Source: Camelus ferus
Taxonomy: Eukaryota
Direction of reading: 5' to 3'
Length of the DNA: 64,000 nt
Assembly (NCBI RefSeq): GCF_009834535.1
Contig: NC_045707.1
Span: 46,626,001 to 46,690,000, forward strand
In this document: positions 24,248 to 36,325 of the stretch, one piece after another
How the letters are laid out: each line of letters starts with the position of its first letter
Numbering within the stretch: the first letter of the stretch is position 1
Translations under genes and position numbers: made by a program
The notes under the pieces: generated by a model
Databases searched by the model: none
What the model was told of the DNA's origin: nothing
What the model saw: the letters and a program-made list of their open reading frames with translations, nothing else

Positions 24248-24429
24248 GGAGGAAAGGGCTCTGAGAAGGGAGAGAAGTTAAGGAGCTCGAAGAGCAGAAA
24301 AGCAGCCAGTTCAGGGGAGCCCAGTGGCTGAGGGAGAGAGAGGAGAGCCAGATTAAGTAATGTGTGTAAACCATCAGCCTCTTTCGAATGTTAAGGCTTG
24401 GCTCTCTTACTTGAGTTCAGAGCCAGGCC

Positions 24430-24885
24430 TGGGATGTGCTATGGGATAAGCTCCTATAAGAAAGATGTCAAAATAGAGTGGCTTAAGTCAGGTAGAAGTC
24501 TGTTTTCCTTCCATCTGATGGAGCAGAGGAGGGTGGTAGGGTCAGATGCTGGTTGGACAGAGCTGCCATCTTCAGCTGTGGCTTCCTTCTCTGGGCCTGA
24601 AGCAGTTGCTCCAGCAGGTGACAGCAGGGGGAAGAAAGAATGGAGGACTGGAGCTTCCGTATAAAAAACTGTGATTTGAAAGTTGTCCACATAGCTTCTG
24701 TTCTCAACCCACTGGCTGGAGCTCAGCCATGTGACCACACACATTGCTGGGGAGTCTAGGAGAGGTGGTCTCTAGCTATCACTTGAGGACTCCAATGTCC
24801 AAGAGTTCCTTGCTGACTCAGAGAGGCGTGTTTCTAAAAGAAAGACAGACTAGTCTCTGGTGAACAGTTTGCCATCTCTGTCCCA
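24430..24885 (-). mobile_element. Old MaLR LTR (MLT1J/K-like)
   Basis: agtggcttaag...cttctgttctcaacccactggctggagctcagccatgtgaccacac...gccatctctgtccca. Confidence 0.65.
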
Positions 24886-25269
24886 GCCTAACTTAGTTGG
24901 CCAGAAGGCTGGACTCGTCTTTAGCTCTTCCCTCAAGGCTCCAAGATGGTAGGGGACTGTCACCTGTTTATCATTTCTCCAATGATTTCTGAAGAAGAGC
25001 TCTTCCAACAAGATTCCTGATCAGATAGCAGGTGCCAAGGACTGACTCTCTCATATCCAGCACAACCCTGAAAAATCCCCCCGCCCCCTGGTCATAGTGT
25101 TTTCTGCCATCTGGGCCCTGTCTGGTATCCTTCATGCTTGGGAGCTGCTGGGGCAGGCAGTTTATGTGTCTGGCACACTCTGCAACTCTCCAGCACTCTG
25201 AATCCTCACTGTGTTCAGAAGCATTTATTAATATAGCTTCTAATAATAGTACCTAGCAGGGGTGGGTAG

Positions 25270-25620
25270 GCTTGAACATGTCAGAAGGCAGCATTTCCCA
25301 TCCTTGTGCTTTCATTGTTCACTGGAACACAACCAGCCGGCCGGCAGGATTAATTGAGACTTGCTTTTTCGGTTCTCTTACTCAGGTTACTGATCTCATT
25401 ACTAGAAGTCCCGTTTTGCTGGCATCTGTAGAAACAGGCAGCAAACGCAGGCTGTAGGGTTTCTCAGGCTCCTTTTTTGCAGCCGGAGATGGAAAATTTG
25501 GTGTCTGTGAAAGATAGAAGTTTCAACTCTGTAGCCTGAGGTTGTCTTGAAGTGGGTGGGCGGAAAGGCTGACTACACGCTAAATCCTGCCTGGGTGCAA
25601 AATGGAAAAGGACAAACAGA
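25270..25620. promoter_or_regulatory. Candidate enhancer-like unique element
   Basis: SOX-like cattgtt 25313-25319; palindrome gccggccggc 25336-25345; homeodomain ggattaattg 25347-25356; retained CpGs. Confidence 0.35.
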
Positions 25621-25749
25621 GAAAGCAAAACTACCTGCCTTCAGCTCTATACCACTGTCTCTCACTCTTCAAAAATTTTCTCTGTCCAGGACTGTATAAA
25701 TTGGTATGAATTGCTAACTTTTTGAACCTCAGTTTATGTCAAGAACTAA

Positions 25750-25960
25750 TCAGGGAGCTTCCCATGAATTACCCTCTTTGAACCTCACAGCAACTTAATG
25801 CCTTAGGTGCTGTGGTTATTCCCATTTTACAGACGAGGAAATGAGGCTCGGAGAAGTTCAAATTATGTGTTTAGCATAGCAGAGCTAATAAGGGGCAGAG
25901 CCAGAATTTGAACCCAGGTCTTTGTGACCCCAGAACCCACACTGGTAACCCCAATTCCCT
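25750..25960 (-). mobile_element. MIR SINE
   Basis: cccattttacagacgaggaaatgaggctcggagaagtt...gaatttgaacccaggtc. Confidence 0.88.
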
Positions 25961-26519
25961 ATAGCCTATGAAGACAGGTAGAGCAGAGTTTGCAATCTCC
26001 AGTTGTTCCTTCCTTTCATAGCCTGGCACCACCAAATGGGCCTTTCAACTGTGGAAAGCAAAGGGCACCCTCATCCGAAGAAGCCCCTTCCTCTCCCTGG
26101 AACTAAGCTGATGTAGATGAGCTCCCACTTCCTCTTCCCCCCACAGCTCTGATTCCTGACATAGCAGGCAGCTGGTTCTCTCCCTGGTTAGTTGTCAGGT
26201 CCTGCAATACCCTTTCCCCACGTTGCTCCATCAGTGCCTCATTGGCGTGTAGGTTCAATGTGACTTTGTTGGCTGGCTCAGGACCCCAGTTACAGGGGCT
26301 TGTACTCTGAACTCCGAACCAGGGATTCACACATGAAGTATTAGGGCCCTTCTCATTTATTGCTGGGGTCTCCTGTAGTCCTGCGTAAGAAACCAAGTCT
26401 GCAAAAACACGACCTTGCAAAATTTATCTTCTGGGAGTGATGTATCAGTCATGTTGTGAAGGGACATGCTGCCCCAAGAACATGGCAGAATGGAGGGGCA
26501 CTGGCCTGGGATTCCAGAG

Positions 26520-26740
26520 AAGCTACCTTTTCCTGAGCACCTACTGTGCACTAGGTACCATGTTAGACTCTTTTGCCTCTCTGATCTCATGGGAACCTCA
26601 AAATTATTCTGTGAGGCAGGCTGTCTAGTTGATATTTTACAAATGAGAACCCTGAGGCTAGGTAGCTCAAATGGCTTCTCAAAGGCTATGTGGCTTGTAA
26701 ATGAAATATTCAGTCTCCAATTCCAGTGTTTTCCTTACCT
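26520..26740 (-). mobile_element. MIR SINE
   Basis: ctgagcacctactgtgcactagg...attttacaaatgagaaccctgaggct. Confidence 0.75.
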
Positions 26741-26769
26741 CTGCTACTGTAATCTATAATCTTAGGGGG

Positions 26770-27210
26770 TACTACTATTGGGCATCATTCTAGTTAAAAG
26801 AGGATAAATGAAGAACAAAGTCTCTGCTCTCAGGAATGCCTTGGCAGAGATTGGAGGAGAGAGATAATAAGCAAATAAGATGATACTATCAGTGATAAAC
26901 TCAATTACAGAAATAATCAGGGTGCTACTCCAGAAAATAAAAGGAACAATTTAATTAGGGTGTCTAGGGAAAGCTTCTTTGAGTTAAGACTTGAAAAGGG
27001 AGGATCTGGGCCAGAAGCATTCCAGGCAGAGGAGACAGTAGGTACAAAGGTCCTGAGGCAGAAAAGAGCTTGGGACAGCCAAGAAACAGGAAAAAAATCA
27101 CTTTATTGCTGACGCATAGTGACTGAGGGGGAAAGTGGACAAAGGAAAGAGGAAGGAAGAAATCACATGGGACCTGTAAGGACTTGGGAGTAAGGAGTAA
27201 GAGATAACTT
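26770..27210 (-). mobile_element. L2 fragment
   Basis: aaagtctctgctctcagga...agcattccaggcagaggagacagtaggtacaaaggtcctgaggcag. Confidence 0.8.
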
Positions 27211-27667
27211 TAATAGTAATACTAATAAATTTGCTAATAAAATTACCAGTATTTGCAAAACCTGTACTATGTATGTCCTTATTTGCATTAAGGAGAGAGT
27301 TGGGAGATTTAGTGACCTCAAGAAAGTTACAAAATTTGCTAAAACTCCATCTCCTCATCTGTTAAATGGTGTTAACAGGACCCATTTGATGGAGAAGGGT
27401 AAATGAATTAGCCTAAAGTCTGGCTCAGAGCCCCCACTTAAGAGATCTGTGACTTCTTGTCAGGCTCAGGAGGACAACTTCCAGATAAAGCCTTAGGAAC
27501 TAAGGGCATCAGAAAATCAATCAGAAAAGAAGAGAAAGCATTTCTGAAAACACCATGGCAATCAATGGGGATATATAAATGGATTCATGGCTACCATTTC
27601 AGATCTTGTCAGGCATATTAAATTCACTGCCTGAGAGATTTAGTGCAAGGCCTAGGGGAAGGTTGTT

Positions 27668-28143
27668 TGTGGTAGACATTGTCAGCTGCTCACCCTTTCT
27701 CCAGGCCAACAGAGCCCATCACCCATCACAGAGGCAGAAAATGCAGGTTCTCATTTTCACAGCTGCCCTTGTAGCTCTGGGAATAGTCATGTGACCCAAT
27801 ATCAGCCAATTAAACCAGAGGGGAACTCAGCTGGGAGAATTCTGGGCAAGATAAAATCTGTACGATAAAAGAAAGAGGTTTGAGGAAAAGCTGCATCTCC
27901 TTCTTCCTACCTTTGAATGAACTTTTGCCAAGACATAATGTACAGCACCTTGGCAGCCATCTTGTAATAATGAGGAAGACTGCCAAGAGATCCTCAGAGA
28001 AGCCCTAATGTGGTTGAGACACTGATCTTGCTTGGATTCACCTCCCTCTAGACTACCTGCTATATGAAAAAAATTAAGTCCTTTTAATTTAAGCCCATGG
28101 TAGCTGGATACTCCATTATATGCAATTAGGAACATTCTAATAC
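27668..28143 (+). mobile_element. Ancient ERVL/MaLR-class solo LTR
   Basis: tgtggtagac...gtcatgtgacccaatatcagccaat...ggcagccatcttg...ctagactacctg...ctaatac. Confidence 0.7.
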
Positions 28144-28519
28144 GTCTCTACTCCCTACCACTTCCTCCCGTGACTCTCTCCTTGGGAAAGAATCAGAGAC
28201 CTCCCTTCACTTGCTCAGTGATGCCTACAATTCCTTACATAGGAGGCAAGGCCTTGAATTCCTAGGATGAACTTAGGTCCGACCCTTCTGGGACAGTTCT
28301 GGTTTATTACTATTGTTCTGGTGTCATTTTAAGGGGTGCTAAAAATGCTTCTGGATGAGTGATAAATTATATGGCCACTCGACTCCTTTTTCAGAGAGAA
28401 AAAGCTTAAGTGTAAATACCACTGCAAGAGAGAACACATAGCTTTCAATTCCCAATGAAGGGCCAAGTGGCTACACCAGAGCTTGGGAGCAGGAACAGGA
28501 GGGAGCACACAGGGTGACA

Positions 28520-28543
28520 GGGGTTCGCGGGGTAGGGGAGGGG
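28520..28543 (+). other. Four-tier G-quadruplex motif
   Basis: GGGG ttcgc GGGG ta GGGG a GGGG. Confidence 0.6.
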
Positions 28544-29639
28544 TCAGCAGCAAGAAGCTGGGAGCTATGAAGGCAGACTTCACCCGCTCCCTAGATTTCC
28601 CAGCGATCCACTCTGCTTCTAAGAAATACAAAGCCTTTGGTGCTCCATTATTGTTACTTCTCTGCTTTCTCTCCTTTCACACAGTCCCAGTCTACCGTCT
28701 ACCAGCACCCCTGGGCTTACTGGAGCCTACCGCTTGCCAAAATGTCTCCAACTTTTGCCCAGATAACTCCCTGTCTTCCTGAAATGTTTCCAAGGTCGCC
28801 ACAAGATTGACAAAGGTGTTACACATAGCAATAAACTCACTCTCACTCATGCTCTTTCAAGTTCATTTTTTTCCAGACCTTTTCAGACGCTTCAAAACTT
28901 GGAGTTATTTGAAGTGCACCTCACCCCTATCCCTCCTATTCATGGACGCTCCTTGACCTTGAATAAGGGAAATTTAGGCCTGTCTCCACCCCGCCTCCCA
29001 TCAGTTGATGATGTTTTTTACCTGCCTCCTGTGCTAATAAAAAACAAGTCACAAATAGGGCAGTTTATTCATTCGGGCAACAAGTATTTAAGTGCATAAA
29101 TTAGTCTTGATTTAAATGATACAGGCTCATTATCTGTGAGAAAAGCAGGCCGCCCTGTGAGCCTATTAGAATGATGAGCGTAGTGCCTGCAGCCCCAATA
29201 GCTGTCCTCAGGGAGCGGAATCCAGGAATAGAAGGAGCCCTTGTGCTCCCAGCAGCACAAAGATGTGAGGCAGCCAGCTAGAGAGGGCTGAGGTTTCTAG
29301 CCTTCCTGCTGGGACTAGGGACAGGGGACCGGCAGGGGGCTTGACAGAGGATGACCCATTCTTTCTGATTCTTAAATGGAAACACAGTACAGGAGATGAG
29401 CTTCTTTCACCTGGCCTCCCATATCTGCTCATCAAAGTGACAGTGAGGGTGACAATGCAGCAGTAGGAAGCAGGAGGAATGCTTCAGGGGCTGCAGGCCA
29501 CAGGGGACACTTGGCTTGGCTTGGAGAGGGGCGCGGGCTGTGGTCACTGCACAGATTTCTCACCACTGGCAACTTGATCTGTGGGAAACTGATAAGCTCC
29601 TTGGAGGGGGTAATTTCATTCTCAAAGAAAAAAACCTTT

Positions 29640-29810
29640 TAATTCATCCAACAATAATTATCTGAGCACCTACTACATCCTAGGCATTGAGCTGAGCTCG
29701 GAGGCTACAAGAGTGAACCAAAACACAATCTCGTCCCAAGAAGCCTTCAGTTTGCTGGGAATTTCAAATAAGATAACAGGTCATTATAATACAGAGTATT
29801 AATGCTACTT
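29640..29810 (-). mobile_element. L2 3' end fragment
   Basis: aattcatccaacaataattatctgagcacctactacatcctaggcattgagct. Confidence 0.7.
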
Positions 29811-30299
29811 GGTAAAAAGAAAAATTCTGGAAAGATGACAGTGTGCCCTTTCAATGTCACACTAACGCATTGTCTAATAGGCCACCACAAAGGTCATCTG
29901 ACGCCCTTGATTTGGCTAACTATTGCTACTAGATAGGGTCTAGTCCTTGAACATTAAGATTTTAATTTATAGGAAATTGGTAAATTGCAAACAATTTTTG
30001 TCCAGTAAAGATGTAGATGATGTATGTTCATTGGAAAAGGCAACTCCTAAGGGTTATGATTTTATTGCCTATAGGACATTACATTATATCTAGTTTTGTA
30101 TCTAAGTGAGCAATCTTGGGTCGGCAGTCTTTCTTTCACTGACCACATATAAATCAGTTTCTCATCTGTTCCTTTGATCCAGTTTTCTCACCCTGCTGGC
30201 ACCCTCATTAATGAATTAAATAATTCTTTGGCATAGGCTCGTGATGGATTTGTATGAGAACTGTCTTTAATTTTCTTGAAATTGTAATATGAAACTACC

Positions 30300-30665
30300 T
30301 TAGAAGTAAGGTGCTGAAGGATCACAGATGAGGGACACCAAACCCAGTCTTGGAGGTCTAGGGAAGATTTTGCAGACAGGTCATCTAAAGACATGAAGGA
30401 TGAAGGAGTGAGTTAGACAAAGATGGAAGCTGGATGGTGTACTAGCGAGAAGGAAATAGCTTATGCAAGGGCCAGAGATGAGACACCTGCATTATCAGGT
30501 CATGAAGCTCAAGAATGTGAGTAGTGAGAGGCAAGGCTGGAGAGGTAAGCAACATTCAGATCATGGAGGACCTCAATGCTATGCCAAGGAGCTTGGTCTT
30601 TATAGAGAAGGCATTGGGAAGTCATTAAGGAGTTTTTAAACAGGACAAGACATGATTGGATTTGG
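30300..30665 (-). mobile_element. L2 fragment
   Basis: ggaggtctagggaagatttt...gccaaggagcttggtctttat...cattgggaagtcattaaggag. Confidence 0.8.
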
Positions 30666-31189
30666 CTCCTGGGTTCACTGTTTCATAAACCAGGTGGAAA
30701 TCTCATTCATCTGTAGAATAATTGAAGTTTTCTGAGGTTGCCTGTAAAATTCCTGTACAATTCCTATATAATTCTGGTTCACTCATTTGCTACAACTACA
30801 ATTAAAAGATATATTGGTGAATAAATTCATGGATATGTATGTATTTGTGTGTATATGTATGATGGAATGTCCAACAATAGATATTTACCATTTATAATGT
30901 TTTCTTTCTCTATTCTGATCAAAAGTAAAAATAGAAAAAGCAGACGTGCAAAAAAAAAAAAAAAGGCTGACGTGTTTCAAAATAAAACTCAAAGTAATGG
31001 GCAAATTAGAGCTGAAGGAGGGGACTCCAGAGACCAGCTATTAGATACAATTGCTTTGGTCAGAAAGGTTGCTGCTTCTTTCAGATTTCCTTGGCCAGAT
31101 GTTTCCATTTCAGTGATGAATTATAAAGCAATTTTGCACTTTTAGCCCAAAAGAACATTTATCTCGTTAGAATGCAGCTCACTGAGGGC

Positions 31190-31380
31190 CTCTCAGCAAT
31201 CATACAATTTTTGTTTCTCATCTCATCTCGTCTTTAGAAGAGCCTCTGAGGCAGAGAGGATGAGGGCTACCATGCCCATTTCACAGACGGAGAGGCCAAG
31301 GTCCAGAAAGGCAGTGATCTGCCAGTTAGCACTGCAAGTTAGAGCCAAAGAATGGAAAAGGATGATCTTGTTACCAGTGC
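31190..31380 (-). mobile_element. MIR SINE
   Basis: cccatttcacagacggagaggccaagg. Confidence 0.6.
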
Positions 31381-31544
31381 CCTGAGATTACCAAGAAATT
31401 TTTATTTATTAGGTGTTTAATAAATGCAATGAAGGAATAATTCTGCTCTGTTCTTCCCCCCCTTAAATATGTATTAAATACGTAATTACACATCTATGTG
31501 TTTACTTGTTTGTTAAGGTTACTAAATTGTAAATTCCATTTGGG

Positions 31545-32571
31545 CAGTTTTCTACTGCTATATGACAAAACTCAATGGCTTGAAACCAATAATTTATTAT
31601 TTCTCATGATTCTGTGAGTCAGGAATTTGGTCAGGGTTCACCTGGTTGGTTCTTTTCTTTCACAAGGTGTCAAGCAGGGCTCACTCACATGCATGATGCT
31701 GTTGGTTGGGTTGGACTATGTTGTGATGATTAATTTTGTGTGTCAAGTTGGCTGGACTATGGTTCCCAGATATTTAGTCAAACATTATTCTGGTGTTTCT
31801 ACAAAAGTTTTTTGGATGAGATTAACATTTAAATCAGTGCACTCTGAGCAAACCAGACTGCCCTCTACAATGTGGGTGGGCCTCAGCCAGTCAGCTGAAA
31901 TCAGAACAGAACAAAACATTGACTTTTCCCAAGCAAGAAGGAATTCTCCACTAGATGGCATTTGAACTTGAACTGCAACATCTGTACTTCCCTGGTCTCC
32001 AGCCTGATTGTCTTCAGACTTGCACCACAGCACTGGCTCTCCCTAGGACTCCCCTGTGGGCCCACCCACAGATTTTAGACATTCCAGCCTCCATAATCAT
32101 GTGAACCAATTCCTTACATCTGTCTGCCTGTCTATCTAAGTATCTATCTATCTATGTACCTATCTACCTTCTCTTGGTTTTGTTTCTCCAGAGAACACTG
32201 GCTAGTACAGATGGAAAGGTCCATGAAGACCACCCAGATATCCGATGCCCTGGTGCCCCTCCATGTGGCCGCTCTCTCTTCACATGGCTAGCTTGGGCTT
32301 CCTCACAGCACGGCAGTCTCAGGATAGTCAGACTACTGGCAGCTGAGATGTAACAGAAGTGAAAGCTGCCAGTGCTCTTAGGCTTTGGGCTTCAGTGTCT
32401 CAGAATACCTCTTCCACTGTATTCTATTGATCAAAGCAAGTCACACCACCAGCCCATGTTCAGGGTAAACAGACTTCACCTGTTGGTGAGAGGCTGGACA
32501 GAGTTTCATTGCAAAAGACATGATGGATGAAAGATACTCTTGCAGCTATTTCTGGGAAAGATTTGCCACAG
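31545..32571 (-). mobile_element. MaLR LTR (MLT1) split by MLT2
   Basis: tttattattctcatgattctgtgagtcaggaatttgg on the left; gctagcttgggcttcctcacagc...ctattgatcaaagcaagtcac on the right. Confidence 0.8.
31722..32209 (+). mobile_element. ERVL solo LTR (MLT2), complete
   Basis: tgtgatgattaattttgtgtgtcaagttgg...internal (TCTA)n...ggttttgtttctccagagaacactggctagtaca. Confidence 0.92.
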
Positions 32572-32804
32572 GCAGGGACCATGTTTTTCTCCTAACAACC
32601 TAGAGCTGTTGGCAATATTAAGTGCAACAAACAGCAGAGCACAGAAAATATTTCTTGAAAAAACATGTGTTTATGTGTCTATGTATGTATGTACAACATG
32701 CACAGTGTGGATCATGGTGGCTTCCAAGACCCATTTTGGCTTCATATACCTATAGGCGACACCTCATATATACCAATAGATAGCTCTTTGAAAAGCAAAA
32801 TAAG

Positions 32805-33060
32805 GTTGCAGTTAAGAGCTTGGATTTTAGAGTGAGTCTTCAGGTCTCCATATCCAGGCTCTACTACTTACAAGCTGTGTGATCTCGGGTAAGTATTTAC
32901 CCTCTCTGTGCTTCAGTGTCATCATTTATAAGAAGCTTACTAATAATACTCACTGTTTAGAATTATTATATACTTTAAAATACAGGTGAGATAATATGAA
33001 TCAAGAGCATAGCACAGGTCTAGTAACTTATTAGTAACTTATTTATTATAAATTATTATT
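32805..33060 (+). mobile_element. MIR SINE
   Basis: gttaagagcttggattttagag...gctgtgtgatctcgggtaagtatttaccctctctgtgcttcag. Confidence 0.85.
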
Positions 33061-34569
33061 GTTGTCACTAGACTTGTGTCTATGTGTACTGTCCACTACA
33101 GTATAGAGCTCTTCCTCTCTGTCCATGAATAGTCTGCACAGTCTTTTTCTCTAAACACTGCTACCCCATCTGTGACTGTAGTCTCTCAGCATGCCACAAC
33201 TATGCCACATCATTTGGAGTTGTGTGTCAATGAGCCTGGGCATTTGGAGAGACATGAATAACAGTTGGTGTTGCTCCACATCTTCATTTCCTCTGACAGA
33301 TGCTTGGGTACTTTGTACAGCCCCTTACCCCCCCAACCCCACCCCGGCCGTGGCCTGTTTCCTGGAGCTGCTTCCAGACAGACATTACATGGTGGTGTGG
33401 CTGACTGTTTGCCAGGACCTCAATAGACCACGTCAGAAAGCCTGTGTCATAGACGGCTCTGTCAACTGCTGAAGAAGCAGGATGTGTTCTGGAAGTTCGT
33501 ATGGCTCAATGGTGAGCAGGTTGCCTGCAGTCTGGAGCTGCAAATTTTCAGTCCTTTGCCAGCGCTGCATTCCATCTTTCAGGACTCTAAAGGCACCCTG
33601 GCTTTCTGGATTAGGTACTGAAGTCAAGATGAATGAGTTTGGCTTCGAGTCGTGGCTTTGGCTTGAATTCTGTAGGCCTGGGTTTAGTCAGCTTCTATAT
33701 TCCATTAAGTCAGACATAGTCTCTACTGGTCATTTGTTACTGACTAGTTGTTTCTAGTAACTGCTGTTTCTTTCATCTGAATTATAAAGAGCTGTGAGGT
33801 TTTGATCAGTCTATCATCTGACTTCTGGTTAGTTACCACTCCTGAATTACCAAAATTCCTGCATTCACCAGAGTCAGACTCTAACATACAGAGTTACCAA
33901 CCATATATGGTTGATCAGGCTGGGCACTGCTCAAGGGTGCCCAGCCAAGTGGGCTGGCGTGGGCTGAAATCCAGCTCATGCTCAGCTTACCAACCCATTA
34001 ACCTGGCTTGGACTGAGGAGCACATTTTTCTAATTTTCCTAAAGTTGTGATACTTTGGTAGGATATACTGAAGGGTTTGCCCTGTACAAGACATAGAAAA
34101 TCATGTTGGCAATTTGGAGCTGATCTTTAGTGTGTCTACTCTCATGGGGAGACACCTGATATAAAATAACTCAATTCAGAGCTATAAAGACTTCTTTCTA
34201 CCTTTCAACCTCACTGCCAACACATCCCTGGAGCGCCTGGATTGCAAGTATTTATCCAAGTCTGCACCAGAAGGAGTCTCTGTTTTCATTCTCTACCATG
34301 AATACTTCCTGATAGGCTTGGGACTCAGGGTTAATGTCTATCTGGTTTAAAGAATCCAAACCCATGCAATTTCTGTGTCCATTAGGAACTGAGGTTTTGT
34401 AAAGTGTCATGATGTCACTTACAGGAATAAGGCAGCTCAAATTCCTAGTTCTGTTTTTCCTGAAAGATCGTTGTTCAGGCAAATGGATAGTGGAGTGAGC
34501 CCTGCCTCTGCTGTCTTCTCCTTTCTTCAGAGTTTGGAATTTATTCATTTATTCAAGAGATATTTTTTG

Positions 34570-34780
34570 CAGGAGGCAGTTCAGTCTGGCATCATACAAC
34601 CTGAGTTCAAATACAGGCAAGGTATTTAACTTTTCTTTGCCTCAGTTCCCTCATCTGTAAAACGGCAGTAATGATAGATCCTACCTCGAGGGGTTGTCGT
34701 GAGGATTAAATGAATTAATTTGTGTAACCTATGCCTGACACCTATGCCCGGCAGGCCCTCAAGAGATGTTAGCTCTTAAT
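34570..34780 (+). mobile_element. MIR SINE
   Basis: gcctcagttccctcatctgtaaaacgg...gggttgtcgtgaggattaaatga. Confidence 0.88.
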
Positions 34781-34966
34781 TACAGACCATCTCTAATGGG
34801 CCAGGCACTGAGCGAACACTCCAGGGGATCTAGGCAGCTGTGTAATGTACTCCAGGCCTTCTGCAACCTTACTGTCTAGTAGGGTTCATAAGACAGGTAA
34901 CTCCATCACATATTGCAGGGAAGTATACCAAAGGTTTTCAAACTTTAGTGAGTATAGAAGCACCTG

Positions 34967-36325
34967 CATTAACCATCAGGGAAATACAAATTGCAACAAA
35001 AATGAGATACCACTTTATACTCACTGGGATGGCTAGAATTTAAAAAGGCAGGTAATAACAGATGTTGGTGAGGATGTGGAGAAATCAGAACCCTGATAAT
35101 ATACAGGTGAGGATGTAAAACGGTGCAGCTACTGTGGAAAACAGTCTGACAGTTCCTCTAAAAGTTATATATACAATTACCACATGGCCTAGCAATTACA
35201 TTCCTAGACATACAACCAAGAGAGATGATGACATAGGTCCACACAAAAACTTATACCCAAATGTTCATAGTAATATCATTTATAATAGACAATATTATAA
35301 ATGGTAGGACAACTCAAATAACTGTTAACTGATGACTAGAAAAATGAAATGTGGTATTTCCACATATAAAGAGAAATGAAGTATTGATGTATACTACAAC
35401 ATGAATGAGCCTTGAAAATATTATGTTAAGTGAAAGAAGCCAGTCACAAAGGACAGCACATTGTATGATTCCTTTTATATGAAATGTCCAGAGTGGGTAA
35501 ATCTGTAGAAATAGAACTAGATCAGTGATTGCCTACAGCTGGGACAGGGCACAGAGGCTTGGGAAATGATAACTAAAGGATACAGAGTTCCCTAATTCGA
35601 AAAGATGCATGCATTCCAATGTTCACAGCAGCACTATATACAATAGCCAAGACATGGAAGCAACCTAAACATCTACTGACAGATGACTGGATAAAGAAGC
35701 GGTGGTATATTTATACAATGGAATACTACTCGGCCATAAAAAAGAATAAAATAATGCCATTTGCAGCCACATGGATAGACCTAGAGATCGTCATTCTAAG
35801 TAAGCCAGAAAGAGAAAGAAAAATACCATGTAATAACATTCATATGTGGAATCTAAAAAAAAAAAAAGGCCACTATGAACTAATCTATAAAACAGAAACA
35901 GACTTGCAGACATAGTGAAAAATCTTATGGTTACCAGGTAAAAGTGAGTGGGAAGCGATAAATTTGGGAGTTTTAGATTTACAAATGTTAGCCACTATAT
36001 ATAAAAATAGATATTTTAAAAGTTTCTTCTGTATAGCACAGGGAGCTATGTTCAATATCTTGTAATAACCTCTAAGAAAAAAATATGAAAACAAATATAT
36101 GTATGTATGTGCATGACTGGGACATTGTGCCGTACACTAGAAATTGACACATTGTAACTGATGGTACTTCAATTTAACAAAAGGATATAGAGTTCCTTGT
36201 GAGGGTGATAACGTGTTCTAAAATTGATTGTGGTGATGGTTGCACATACTTAAAAGCCACAGAATTGTACGCTTTAAATGGGTGGATTGTATGGCATCTG
36301 ACATACCTATCAGTACATTTTTTAA
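34967..36325 (+). mobile_element. Old L1 3' end (L1MB-like), split by a younger L1
   Basis: catcagggaaatacaaatt...gatgttggtgaggatgtggagaaa...aagtgaaagaagccagtcacaaa; resumes gtgagggtgataacgtgttctaaaattgattgtggtgatggttgcac. Confidence 0.9.
35592..36179 (+). mobile_element. Young lineage-specific L1 3' end (camelid-type tail)
   Basis: MFTAALYTIAKTWKQPK ORF2 C-terminus; tail gcatgactgggacattgtgc...gaaattgacacattgtaactga; TSD aaaggatacagagttcc (35575-35591) / aaaggatatagagttcc (36180-36196). Confidence 0.93.

Noticed and set aside
25483..25539. Acceptor-like ttttttgcag followed by good-context ATG and a 16-aa ORF (MENLVSVKDRSFNSVA)
   Set aside because: Too short, no convincing donor site, expected by chance in 64 kb
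35619..35915. 98 aa ORF MFTAALYTIAKTWKQPK
   Set aside because: L1 ORF2 C-terminus reading into the 3' UTR of a 5'-truncated copy
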